Below, piece after piece: positions 41,839-52,445 of a stretch of DNA of 64,000 bases. Origin of the DNA: Alphaproteobacteria bacterium. Its GTDB lineage: Bacteria; Pseudomonadota; Alphaproteobacteria; Bin95. Both the position numbers and the translations under genes were made by a program. Under the pieces are notes generated by a model. The model did no database searches, was not told the DNA's origin, and was given only the letters and a program-made list of their open reading frames with translations. Positions within the stretch are counted from its first letter, which is position 1. Every line of letters starts with the position of its first letter. Location: assembly GCA_965202745.1 (NCBI GenBank), contig CBDBCB010000012.1:90583-154582 (forward strand), written 5' to 3'.

Positions 41839-41997
41839 TCACTGCCCCGTTACAGACCGCACCTGTTTCATGGTCATGAACATCCGGGCCTCATCGCTGG
41901 CAAAGCTCTGAAACCCGAAATCCTCATACCAGCCCTTGCGCTTGTCAAAGGCCTCCGCATCACCATCAGACATCACATCCGAGAAGCACGGCATGGC
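41839..41997 (-). pseudogene. GNAT (AtaT/TacT-type) toxin C-terminal remnant; duplicate at 50977-51135
   Basis: Minus-strand translation: HAVLL|DVMSDGDAEAFDKRKGWYEDFGFQSFASDEARMFMTMKQVRSVTGQ*. Confidence 0.55.
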
Positions 41998-42054
41998 AAC
42001 CCGGCTTCCAGAACCCGCCGGACGATGATCCCCAGCGGGTCCGCGCGCGGTGGG

Positions 42055-42318
42055 TCAACCCGTCTCCCACCACACCCGGACTTCTTCCGCACTCACCGGC
42101 TCCGGCTGGACGTCCGGCACAAGCGTCTCGACCGCGATTATTGGCGGCGCAAGACCGGGCAACCCGGCCTCAATGGCCCTGCGACCAATCTCGGCCACGT
42201 CCAGCTCCAGGCGGTCGGCCATGTCTTCGAGCGCCCGCTTCATGGTGGGTGTCACTTGCAGCGATAACCGCTCTGGATAACCGGACAGCTTGCGCCGCCG
42301 TGGGGTGGTATCCACCAT
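42055..42318 (-). CDS. Small ribbon-helix-helix/CopG-like protein
   Basis: RLSLQVTPTMKRALEDMADRLELDVAEIGRRAIEAGL gives a beta-helix-helix pattern. Identical copy at 51193-51456. Confidence 0.65.
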   Translation of the reverse strand: MVDTTPRRRKLSGYPERLSLQVTPTMKRALEDMADRLELDVAEIGRRAIEAGLPGLAPPIIAVETLVPDVQPEPVSAEEVRVWWETG

Positions 42319-42345
42319 GTCAGCCCGCCTTCAAACCAATGTGAT

Positions 42346-42532
42346 GTAATATCCATGGGATATTACGTGGATATGTTATCTTTATGTTAACATAAAGATA
42401 ACACGGTTCCGCATCCCACCCGGAGCCCCCCGCGCCACAACGTCAATCGACCCAATGCTTTCCGAGCAATATCAGTGCTTTGGCGATAGCGGACAGGGAC
42501 CATCAAAACCGGAAACTGTTTTGATGTATAAT
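42346..42532. promoter_or_regulatory. Palindrome cluster and promoter-like site (duplicate at 51484-51670)
   Basis: GTAATATCC-ATG-GGATATTAC (42346-42366), a perfect 30-bp palindrome (42374-42403), CATCAAAAC-N8-GTTTTGATG, then TATAAT at 42527. Confidence 0.6.
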
Positions 42533-42670
42533 CGTGCCTATCTCGATTTCGCGATTTCGCTGGCGCTGCATCCCGAAAATCCAGCCAGACCGGATACCGG
42601 CCCTCACGGGCCTTCCAAACCATGCCGCCCTGTGGCAGACCGGGGACACAGGGCCGGGAAGGCAAGACAT

Positions 42671-43429
42671 ATGAACTGGATCAGGTGGGCTGTGATCGCC
42701 GTCGTCGTATCGCTTGGGCAGGCAGGTCTCGCCCAAACGGGCTGCGATAACTGGAATACATTGGACTTCTTCGAGGACGCCGATGGCGATCTGGTCCGAA
42801 CATGCGTCGCCGCAGGGGCCGATCCAAACGCGCGGCACGTGACCGGCGGCACCCCGCTGCACTACGCGGCCCATCAGGGCCAGACAGGGGCCATCGCAGC
42901 GCTCATCGCCAAAGGAGCCGATCACAACGCGCGGCACGTGACCGGCGGCACCCCGCTGCACGAGGCGGCCTATGGGGGCCAGACGGAGGCCATCGCAGCG
43001 CTGCTCGACGCAGGGGCCGATCCAAACGCGCGGAACGTGACCGGCGGCACCCCGCTGCACGAGGCGGCCTATTGGGGCCGGACGGAGGCCATCGCAGCAC
43101 TCATCAACGCGGGAGCCGATCCAAACGCGCGGGCCGAGAACGGCGGCACCCCGCTGCACAGAGCGGCCCATCAGGGCAAGGCAGACGCCATCGAAGCGCT
43201 CATCAACGCGGGAGCCGATCCAAACGCGCGGAAAGAGAACGGTCGCACCCCGCTGCACAGCGTGGCCGAGGAAGGCCAGACGGAGGCCATCGCAGCGCTG
43301 CTCGACGCAGGGGCCGATCACAACGCGCGGCACGTGACCGGCCAGATCCCCTTCGATCTGATCCCCGAGGACTCCCCGCTTGTCGGAACATCGGCCTACT
43401 GGCGTCTGAGGGACGCCCGGTTCGACTGA
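42671..43429 (+). CDS. Secreted ankyrin-repeat protein, long allele (5 TPLH repeats)
   Basis: Signal peptide MNWIRWAVIAVVVSLGQAGLA and 33-aa repeats GADPNAR..GGTPLH.AA..G..EAIAALL.AG. Confidence 0.92.
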   Translation: MNWIRWAVIAVVVSLGQAGLAQTGCDNWNTLDFFEDADGDLVRTCVAAGADPNARHVTGGTPLHYAAHQGQTGAIAALIAKGADHNARHVTGGTPLHEAAYGGQTEAIAALLDAGADPNARNVTGGTPLHEAAYWGRTEAIAALINAGADPNARAENGGTPLHRAAHQGKADAIEALINAGADPNARKENGRTPLHSVAEEGQTEAIAALLDAGADHNARHVTGQIPFDLIPEDSPLVGTSAYWRLRDARFD

Positions 43430-43669
43430 CGCCACCGCCAGCGCTCTGCGGGCCGCTCAGAGCCTCTCAAGGGGGGTTTACCCGGCAAACCCCACCCTCC
43501 CGGATGCCTCCACGCGCTGAAAACGGCTCCCGGCGGTCCCGAGAGCGCACGAGGGCCGGACAAGCGCGGCGGACCCCTCCAATGACAAACTGGACGCAAT
43601 CGCCAACTTAAACTGCGAGACGTTCCGGGTATAAGCGAGAGAAAATAACCCCCCGTAATAACCCAGAAC

Positions 43670-44489
43670 GGGATCGTCAAGTTGTTGACCACAATCCCAA
43701 TTGCCCGTAACGCCTGACGATGATCAGCCAGATTTCCCAACCTCGCCTAAAAGGCTACCGCTTCCCGCGTTCCATCATTTCTTACGCGGGCTCGGCATAC
43801 CATCGCTTTGCACTCAGTCTGCGCGACGTTGAGGATTTGCTGGCTGAACGAGGCATCAAGGTGAGTTACGAGACAATCCGTTCATGGGTCAGAAAATTCG
43901 GAACTCAGATTGCGAAGCATGTCAGGGCTGCGCGTCAACAGCCCTCGGATAAATGGCATCTGGATGAAGGGGTGATCATCATCCGCGGTGTGAAGCATTG
44001 GCTGTGGCGCGCCGTTGCCGGCAACGGCGAAGGTCTCGACATCCTGGTGCAATCACGCCGAAATGCGCGGGCTGCAAAGCGGTTCATTGCCAGGTTGGTA
44101 GCCCGCTGGGGGACGCCCCGAGTCATAGTGGCGGACTGACGGACAAGCTGCGCCGCTACGGTGCCGCCCTGCGCAAACGCGCGTTGGAGGTGGATCACCG
44201 AGCGCATAAAGGGATAAACAATCGTATCGAAGGATCGCACAGACCAACACGGAAACGAGAAAAAATACAGGGCCGTTTCAAGTCAGCCCGTCAGGCGCAG
44301 AGATTTCTGGCCGCCCATGATGAAACCGCAAACCTGTTCCGCCCACGTCGCCACAAAATGACTGCCTCCGCCTATCGCCAGAAACGAGCCGCCGCATTTC
44401 ACCAATGGAACGAATGCGCCAGCGAACTGGCCGCTTGAAGAGCCTCAAGTCGGCAGTTTCTTAGGCGCTGAAAACAACGTGACAATGCC
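43670..44489 (+). mobile_element. IS6 type B, copy 1 (820 bp, disrupted)
   Basis: Imperfect IRs GGGATCGTCAAGTTGTT/AACAACGTGACAATGCC. GYRFPRSII. Stop and frameshift at GCGGACTGACGGAC. Confidence 0.93.
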
Positions 44490-44600
44490 TAGGCAAAGGT
44501 TCTGGACATAGACGCACTCTGTAAAGAAATCGGTGTCCAGAACAATAAACGTGTTCAATATAACGTCAATGTAACTTTAGGACATGCACGGAGCGTATGT
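44490..44600. promoter_or_regulatory. Probable serine-resolvase res-site remnant
   Basis: AT-rich segment with IR GTTCTGGACA...TGTCCAGAAC next to a pRiA4b ORF3-like gene. Confidence 0.4.
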
Positions 44601-44601
44601 T

Positions 44602-45048
44602 CTAAAACGGTCCTTTCTGAACACCCCTACCACGGCGCATCAGGTCACGGTGATCGCCCGCCCGAAATCGCTTGTTTACATCGCCACGCGAGAACTTCCT
44701 TTCCACGAAGGGCTTGCGGGCCGCTATCCGTGCCATTGCAGCTTCAACGTCATCGGACATGAAATCGGACACTTGTTGTCGGTCGGGAGCATCCGCTGCA
44801 ACAACGTCTTCGAGAAAGCCGATCATGATATCCATCGGGTTCGCTGCATGTAATTCAAAAGAACCATATCGCACCGCGTAAATGTCAAAGAAAAACAGAT
44901 GAATGCCTTCCCAGCCCATAGCCCCCTGCAGGACGCCGTTCCGGCAGCGCAGGGTCGTCGAAGCCGGTATCAGAACACGCCGCCAAACCATTGGGCTGAT
45001 CCCGAGAATGCGGACTTTCAGTTGATAGATTTCTGCAGGGGGGGACAT
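44602..45048 (-). pseudogene. pRiA4b ORF-3 family protein, internally deleted
   Basis: IYQLKVRILGISPMVWRRVLIP..LQGAMGWEGIHLF. The central YEYDFGD region is missing. Confidence 0.7.
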
Positions 45049-45173
45049 TCGAAACCCACGGCAGCATCAAACCCAAAATTCAACTGCACCACACTTGGCG
45101 GTACTATCCCAACACTCTAAATATGCTATGAGGAATTGGGTGTTCCTTTTAATGTTCCAGATGGACTTCAACT

Positions 45174-46785
45174 GTGCTACAATCTCTCGCTCTACAATTC
45201 TCATTTCCTGACTTTTGTCCTATTTCAGAGACGATAGAGAAGCTCGCCACCCAGGGCGGAATCGAAGAGCGCGGCGCAATCTATACCCGCCGCGAGGTGG
45301 TCGACTTTATTCTCGATCTCGTCGGTTACACGACCGATCAGCCGCTTCCGGAATATCGGCTCCTCGATCCCTCGTTTGGCGATGGCAATTTCATTCTCCC
45401 AGCTCTGGAGCGCCTCCTCGAGGTGGCTGCGAAAGAGCCAGGTGGCCTGACCTTCGTAGCTCTGGAGCCCACAATCCGTGCGGTCGAGCTGCACCGGGAA
45501 ACCTTCGACAGGAACCGTGTGGCGATGCTGTCGCTGCTACAGCGTTCCGGCGTCACGCCGCACGATGCGCGAAAGCTGGTAGACGCTTGGCTCTGGCAGG
45601 GAGATTATCTCCTCGGAACGTTCGATCGTCGCTTTACCCACGTGATCGGGAACCCGCCCTATGTCCGCCAGGAGAGCATTCCAGACGTTCTCATGACCGA
45701 GTACCGGCAGAGGTTTGCGACCATCTACGATCGCGCGGACATCTATGTTCCCTTCATTGAGCAGTCCCTGCGTCTCCTAGACCAGCAGGGCAAGCTCTGC
45801 TTCATCTGCGCCGACAGATGGATGAAGAACAAATACGGCAAGAAACTCCGGGAGCTCGTGAGCCGGAACTTCAGCCTAAAAATCTACGTCGATATGGTGG
45901 ATACCGACGCCTTCCATTCTGAGGTGAGCGCATATCCGGCGATCACGGTCATCGAGCGGGGGCGATCGGCTAAGACGCGCGTTTTCTCGCGGCCCGCGAT
46001 CGATGCGGCCGAACTCCAATCGCTTTCTAAAGAGCTCACCCGCAAGACGCTCCCGAAGAAGAGTAAGGTTCGCGAGATCGAGCGGATCGCCCAGGACAGC
46101 GGTCCTTGGGTTCTGGATTCCTTCGATGAGCTCGCCTTGGCGCGCCGCCTCGAGGCGGAGTTTCTCCCCGTGGAGCAGGCGGGTTGTAAGGTCGGGATCG
46201 GAGTTGCCACAGGGGCCGATGGCGCGTTCATCGGCGACTATGAGGATCTGGACGTTGAACCCTGCCGCAAGCTGCCTTTGGTGATGACCAAGGACATTGG
46301 AGCCGGGCATGTCGAATGGCGGGGCAGGGGGGTGGTGAACCCCTTCGCGGATGACGGCAAACTTGTCCGCCTCGAGGAATTTCCGAGACTGAAGACATAC
46401 CTGGAAGCGCGGAAGGATCAGATCGCTGGGCGGCGCCTCGATCGTTTATGAGGAAGGCAAGCTCTACCCGCACCACAATCTCTATTTCATCACGTCCGAC
46501 GAATGGGACGTGAAGGCGCTTCAGGCGATCATGCGGTCTGGGATCGCGCGGTTCTTTGTGTCCCTCTACTCGACCAAGATGCGCGGCGGGTATTTGCGCT
46601 TTCAGGCGCAGTATCTGCGGAAAATTCACATCCCTGCATGGGGCAGCTTGGACGGGAAAATGCGACGGCGGTTGGTCGCCGTGTCCGAGAGCAATGATGC
46701 GCAAGAGCGCAATGCAATTGTCGCGCAGCTTTATCGTCTGAGCCCGGCCGAGTCGAAGCTGATCGAAGGAAAGGGCCAGGCATGA
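45174..46785 (+). pseudogene. M.PaeR7I/XhoI-like N6-adenine methyltransferase with an internal deletion
   Basis: GAIYTRREVV, LDPSFGDG, IGNPPYVRQE and GIGVATGAD. Frame break at about 46430, then YPHHNLYFI and RGGYLRFQAQYLRKI. Confidence 0.85.
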
Positions 46786-47221
46786 CCCTTGACCTGGCCG
46801 ACTATGAAGCGCGTGCCCACGAAGCCGTAAAGCTGTTCTGGGGGAACAGAAACGCCGCCATAGAAAAGCAGATTGCCTCTGGACGGCATACCGTGACGGG
46901 GCACTTGGCAAGGATGCGCCGCGCCCATTCCTCGGATGGGTGATGCTCCTCGAGGATTGCGACGCTTCGCGATCTCCCGTGCGGGATTCAGAACCGCACT
47001 TTCCAGTGTTTCCCGAGTTCAAAGGCGCGTCCTACGCGGATCGCTACGACATCCTGTGTCGCAAGCTCGTCCAGGAAAGGCTTTATACGAGCGCGACGTT
47101 CCTACGGTCGCCCAGGACGGCCGCCGAAGATGGCGCGCACGAACACATTGGCGAGCTGACCTCTCTTAAAACGCTCGTCACGGAGTTTGCGGGGCACATT
47201 GCAGCGGTCGCGGCGCGGTGA
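46782..47221 (+). pseudogene. PaeR7I/XhoI-like type II restriction endonuclease, catalytic core deleted
   Basis: [23 protein letters not shown] joined at about 46885 to [49 protein letters not shown]. Confidence 0.85.
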
Positions 47222-47260
47222 TGGCCAACTTGCCAACCACAATCCATCGGTAATTTGAAG

Positions 47261-47387
47261 TGTAAAACACACGACTTGATCTGACATTTCTACTCTTAAT
47301 GGAGCTTAATCAAGGAGTGTCGATCAATGACAAGCATTCAAGAGAAGATCATCAAACCAAAGCTGGGACTGCTGGAGCTGGCCAAAC
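47261..47387 (+). mobile_element. IS481 left-end fragment truncated by IS6-A
   Basis: TGTAAAACACACGAC...MTSIQEKIIKPKLGLLELAK. Confidence 0.9.
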
Positions 47388-48195
47388 GGTATTGCCAATT
47401 TGTTCGCCTGACTTGACCGGGTTATCAGTGGGTCATGAACATTCCGACCACCTTGCCGCGCCTGAAGGGGTTCCGCTTTTCTCGTGAGATCATTGCTTGG
47501 GCAGTCTGGGCGTACCACCGCTTCGCACTGAGCACTGCTGATGTTGAAGACTTGTTGGCTGCGCGGGGTGTGATTGTCAGTCGGGAAACGGTCCGGTTGT
47601 GGGTCAATCGTTTTGGTCGACATTTTGCGGATTGCATCCGGCGGGATCGACCTTCACCGAACGACAAGTGGCACATGGACGAAGTCGTGATCATGATCCG
47701 CGGCAAGAAACACTGGCTGTGGCGGGCGATCGACGCCAATGGAGACGTTCTTGATATCCTCGTGCAATCGCGCCGAAATGCCAAAGCGGCAAGGCGCTTT
47801 TTCCAAAGATTGACCGAACGGTTTGGCGAACCGAGAGTCGTCATCACGGACAAGTTGCCTAGCTACATCAAACCGATCAAGTCATTGGCCCCGAAAGCTG
47901 ACCACCGGGCTCACAAAGGCCTAAACAACGTGATCGAAGTCTCGCACCGCTCAACTCGCAAAAGAGAAAAATATTGGGCCGGTTCAAATCTCACCGGCAA
48001 GCTCAGAGGTTTTTGTCTGCGCACGATCAGATCAACCTGGTTTTCCGCCCCCGCCGTTATCAACTCAACGCAACTTCATACCGCCACGCCCGTTCCGATG
48101 CATTCAGCCTATGGTCCGGCTACACCGCAGAAATGGTGGCGTGACCCAGCCGCCGCCAATGAAGCACTGTCTGCCGCCAACAACTTGGCAATACC
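47388..48195 (+). mobile_element. IS6 type A, copy 3
   Basis: 808 bp with both IRs. Confidence 0.95.
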
Positions 48196-48499
48196 CCTCG
48201 TTTTCCTCGACGCGCTTGGGGTCACAATCCGCGATCCAGAAAGCCGCCAGGTCAAAAACAAGGCTGTTTACGGGGCATTGGGCGTCACCCCCGAGGGCGA
48301 CCGCGAGGTTCTGGGGCTTTGGATCGCCAACAATGAAGGGGCCCAATTCTGGCTCTCGGTGATGAACAACCGGCGCAATCGCGGCGTCGAAGACATCCTC
48401 ATCGCCGTCGTCCATGGCCTCAAGGGCTTCCCAGATGCCATCAATGCAGCCTTTCCCGACACCACCGTGCAACCCTGTATCGTGCCTCTCGTGCCCCAT
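48196..48499 (+). pseudogene. IS256 transposase middle fragment
   Basis: VFLDAL..VKNKAVY.ALGV..EVLGLW..EGA.FW..RGVEDILIAV..GLKGFPDAI. It ends at LVPH, exactly where the 40027-40458 fragment begins. Confidence 0.88.
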
Positions 48500-49010
48500 G
48501 TCGTACTGTCAGATTGGATGATACGAGCGATTGAATCAAACGAGATTGTCAGCATCTCCAAAGATTACTTCCGCCTGCGCCGCCCCTTGGAACGGCGGAT
48601 ATATGAGATTGCTCGCAAGCATTGCGGTAAGTCCTCAAAATGGCATATAGGCCTCGAAAAACTGCAAGCCAAGACGGGCAGCAACGCCCCGCTCAAGCGA
48701 TTTCGCTTGAACCTGCGCCAGATCATCGAGGAAGATCACACGCCATTCTATCGCATCGAACTGGACGACAAAGACCTTGTGACCTTCCGCCCTCTGTCGG
48801 CCAAGATCGAGCGGGGACAGCATATTTTCATCCCCGAATGGGCGGACGAAAAAAGCCCGCGAGATTGCCCGCGAAAAGGGCTGGGACTACTACGCATTGC
48901 GCGACAACTGGCTGAGCTACGCAAGGGCAGAAGCTGGCAAAGGCAACCCGCCTAAAAACGCAGGGGCGGCATTCGTGAATTACTGTAAAAGGGCAAAGAG
49001 CCAACGATAA
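48500..49010 (+). pseudogene. Alphaproteobacterial plasmid replication initiator (RepA/RPA family) C-terminal fragment
   Basis: LSDWMIRAI..ISKDYFRLRRPLERRIYEIARKHCG..LQAKTGSNAPLKRFR. Frameshift in the A-run near 48850. Confidence 0.8.
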
Positions 49011-49094
49011 AAGATTATATTTTCAATGAACTTACAAAAATTTCTCTCTGACGTTTCCGCCATCTACCAAACAGGTGCTGCTACAGAACACTCC

Positions 49095-49220
49095 TATCGT
49101 GTGTGGCCAGATTTTCGGTGATCCCCTCCGCAAAGGTGCCAGCCAGGGTTTCGGCCTGTTCCGATGTAAACCCCGCCGCGCCCAGACGCCGGGCGGCTTT
49201 CAGCGTACAGAAGACAGCGC
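49095..49220 (-). pseudogene. DUF1640-like N-terminal remnant
   Basis: TLKAARRLGAAGFTSEQAETLAGTFAEGITENLAT. Confidence 0.55.
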
Positions 49221-49264
49221 GCGGATGGACCCGCTGCGCGGAACAGGCTATGAAAGGACTGACC

Positions 49265-49639
49265 ATGGCACATGCACTTCAAATAGACACGCTGGCGTTC
49301 AGCAAGAAACTTCGGGAGGCCGGGGCCGACGAGCGGCTGGCCGGGGCAATTGTCGAGGGGATCACAGCCGCCGACATTTCCGAACTGGCGACCAAATCGG
49401 ACCTCGGAGAGGTGAAGGCCGATGTCAAGGCGGAGATCAACCGGCTGGACGTGAAGATCAGCGGGCTGGACGTGAAGATCGGCGATGTGAAGGCCGATGT
49501 TCGGGCTGTCACCGACAAGCTGGGCAACATGGCGACGAAAGCCGAATTGGGCGATGTGAAGGCGGATATTCTGAAATGGATGTTCGGGGCGATCATCGCC
49601 CAGACCGGGATCATTCTGGCGGTTGTAAAGCTGCTCTGA
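49265..49639 (+). CDS. DUF1640/CCDC90-like coiled-coil membrane protein (124 aa)
   Basis: GAAAGGA RBS. IDTLAFSKKLREAG, LATKSDL, repeat stalk and ILKWMFGAIIAQTGIILAVVKLL. Confidence 0.85.
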   Translation: MAHALQIDTLAFSKKLREAGADERLAGAIVEGITAADISELATKSDLGEVKADVKAEINRLDVKISGLDVKIGDVKADVRAVTDKLGNMATKAELGDVKADILKWMFGAIIAQTGIILAVVKLL

Positions 49640-49661
49640 TCCACACTCCCCCGCCCGACCG

Positions 49662-49695
49662 AAACAGACGCCGCCCTTCGGGGCGGCTTTTGTTT
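49662..49695 (+). terminator. Rho-independent terminator
   Basis: GCCGCCC-TTCG-GGGCGGC stem followed by TTTTGTTT. Confidence 0.85.
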
Positions 49696-49959
49696 GCGCC
49701 AACAATGCGGACAAAGCTGTGGGGCTTGCGGCATCTGTTCGGGGGTGGACGCGGCCCGGGCGGGGGCCAGTGAGGTCCAGACCCGACCGGGGACCGGACA
49801 CAACCCAAGGGAGAGCGTCTTCCACCACCTTCAATGCTCCTGTCCCCTGACGGGACAACCGCCCCGACCGGAATCGGCGGCGCGGTCCCGGCGATCCTCT
49901 CCGCAGGCCGTGCCTGATCCTGACCCCCGGCAGAGTGCGCGCCATGTACGACATGTGCG

Positions 49960-50779
49960 GGGATCGTCAAGTTGTTGACCACAATCCCAATTGCCCGTAA
50001 CGCCTGACGATGATCAGCCAGATTTCCCAACCTCGCCTAAAAGGCTACCGCTTCCCGCGTTCCATCATTTCTTACGCGGGCTCGGCATACCATCGCTTTG
50101 CACTCAGTCTGCGCGACGTTGAGGATTTGCTTGCTGAACGAGGCATCAAGGTGAGTTACGAGACAATCCGTTCATGGGTCAGAAAATTCGGAACTCAGAT
50201 TGCGAAGCATGTCAGGGCTGCGCGTCAACAGCCCTCGGATAAATGGCATCTGGATGAAGGGGTGATCATAATCCGCGGTGTGAAGCATTGGCTGTGGCGC
50301 GCCGTTGCCGGCAACGGCGAAGGTCTCGACATCCTGGTGCAATCACGCCGAAATGCGCGGGCTGCAAAGCGGTTCATTGCCAGGTTGGTAGCCCGCTGGG
50401 GGACGCCCCGAGTCATAGTGGCGGACTGACGGACAAGCTGCGCCGCTACGGTGCCGCCCTGCGCAAACGCGCGTTGGAGGTGGATCACCGAGCGCATAAA
50501 GGGATAAACAATCGTATCGAAGGATCGCACAGACCAACACGGAAACGAGAAAAAATACAGGGCCGTTTCAAGTCAGCCCGTCAGGCGCAGAGATTTCTGG
50601 CCGCCCATGATGAAACCGCAAACCTGTTCCGCCCACGTCGCCACAAAATGACTGCCTCCGCCTATCGCCAGAAACGAGCCGCCGCATTTCACCAATGGAA
50701 CGAATGCGCCATCGAACTGGCCGCTTGAAGAGCCTCAAGTCGGCAGTTTCTTAGGCGCTGAAAACAACGTGACAATGCC
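49960..50779 (+). mobile_element. IS6 type B, copy 2
   Basis: Near-identical to 43670-44489. Confidence 0.93.
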
Positions 50780-51757
50780 GCCTGAGACAACAAGGGACTC
50801 TGGTGAGCGGGAACCCCGTGGTGTTTACAAACCTGATAGCAACCGCAGCGGAGCCGACCGCGAGCCGTCGATACAAGAACATGACAGGGGTACTCGCCCC
50901 TTCGGTATCGATCAGGATAGGAGCGGCATCGAACGCTAGCTTGTTTCTTTACGGTCCATGCGCCTCGGCTACGATATCACTGCCCCGTTACAGACCGCAC
51001 CTGTTTCATGGTCATGAACATCCGGGCCTCATCGCTGGCAAAGCTCTGAAACCCGAAATCCTCATACCAGCCCTTGCGCTTGTCAAAGGCCTCCGCATCA
51101 CCATCAGACATCACATCCGAGAAGCACGGCATGGCAACCCGGCTTCCAGAACCCGCCGGACGATGATCCCCAGCGGGTCCGCGCGCGGTGGGTCAACCCG
51201 TCTCCCACCACACCCGGACTTCTTCCGCACTCACCGGCTCCGGCTGGACGTCCGGCACAAGCGTCTCGACCGCGATTATTGGCGGCGCAAGACCGGGCAA
51301 CCCGGCCTCAATGGCCCTGCGACCAATCTCGGCCACGTCCAGCTCCAGGCGGTCGGCCATGTCTTCGAGCGCCCGCTTCATGGTGGGTGTCACTTGCAGC
51401 GATAACCGCTCTGGATAACCGGACAGCTTGCGCCGCCGTGGGGTGGTATCCACCATGTCAGCCCGCCTTCAAACCAATGTGATGTAATATCCATGGGATA
51501 TTACGTGGATATGTTATCTTTATGTTAACATAAAGATAACACGGTTCCGCATCCCACCCGGAGCCCCCCGCGCCACAACGTCAATCGACCCAATGCTTTC
51601 CGAGCAATATCAGTGCTTTGGCGATAGCGGACAGGGACCATCAAAACCGGAAACTGTTTTGATGTATAATCGTGCCTATCTCGATTTCGCGATTTCGCTG
51701 GCGCTGCATCCCGAAAATCCAGCCAGACCGGATACCGGCCCTCACGGGCCTTCCAAA
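50405..51757 (+). repeat. Direct duplication of 41267-42619 (1.35 kb)
   Basis: Constant offset of 9138 nt and identical ORF translations. Confidence 0.92.
51193..51456 (-). CDS. Small RHH/CopG-like protein, copy 2
   Basis: Identical to 42055-42318. Confidence 0.65.
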   Translation of the reverse strand: MVDTTPRRRKLSGYPERLSLQVTPTMKRALEDMADRLELDVAEIGRRAIEAGLPGLAPPIIAVETLVPDVQPEPVSAEEVRVWWETG

Positions 51758-51899
51758 TGGCGCTGCCCGGCCTGCGTGAGGCGGTGCAGGTTGAGATACT
51801 CGGGTTTCAGGCCGCGCAGGAGCCAGGTTGAATTGAACCGGGGCAGGACTGGCGCGCGCCTTTGATCCCGGCTATATCGGGGATGAAAGGATCCCGCCC

Positions 51900-52445
51900 A
51901 TGCTGCCCGCCGCCGCCATTGATACCGCCAAGGCCATCGACGAGCTCGAAGCCGCCGGTCTGGACAACAAATCCGCGCGGGCCCTGGTTTCGGTCGTGAA
52001 CGCCGCGTTTACTAACACGGCGGCGACCGCCGCTGATCTGCGCGAGGCGGAAGGCCGTCTCGAGAAGCAGATTATGAAACAGGGCGCGGCGCTGGACAAA
52101 CGGATCACCGAACAGGGCGCGGCGCTGGACAAACGGATCACCGAACAGGGCGCGGCGCTGGACAAACGGATCACCGAGCAGGGCGCGGCGTTTGAAGGCA
52201 AGATAGCCGAGGTCCGGACGGAGATAGCCGAGGTCCGGACGGAGATAGCCGAGGTCCGGACGGAGATAGCCGAACAGGGCGCGGCGCTGGACAAACGGAT
52301 CGGCGAAGTCAGAACGGAGATTGCCGAGAGTGTCAACAAGACCCTGCGCGGGATGGCGCTTCTGATCGGCATGGCTCTGGCGCTCGGCGCACTCTGGATC
52401 GCCGTCGTGCCCGCCATTCGCATGGCCCTCATCGGCACCCCCTGA
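51900..52445 (+). CDS. DUF1640/CCDC90-like protein, allele B (181 aa)
   Basis: Same head and anchor as allele A, different repeat order. GAAAGGA RBS. Confidence 0.78.
   Translation: MLPAAAIDTAKAIDELEAAGLDNKSARALVSVVNAAFTNTAATAADLREAEGRLEKQIMKQGAALDKRITEQGAALDKRITEQGAALDKRITEQGAAFEGKIAEVRTEIAEVRTEIAEVRTEIAEQGAALDKRIGEVRTEIAESVNKTLRGMALLIGMALALGALWIAVVPAIRMALIGTP

Noticed and set aside
41665-42267. 200-aa ORF (and its copy at 50803-51405)
   Set aside because: It overlaps better-supported minus-strand RHH and GNAT remnants, and a probable relaxase tail (...DRSGIER* ending 41801) in another frame. No recognisable motifs.
47435-48955. 506-aa IS6-IS256-RepA multidomain ORF
   Set aside because: Chance in-frame read-through across three adjacent fragments, not an evolved protein.
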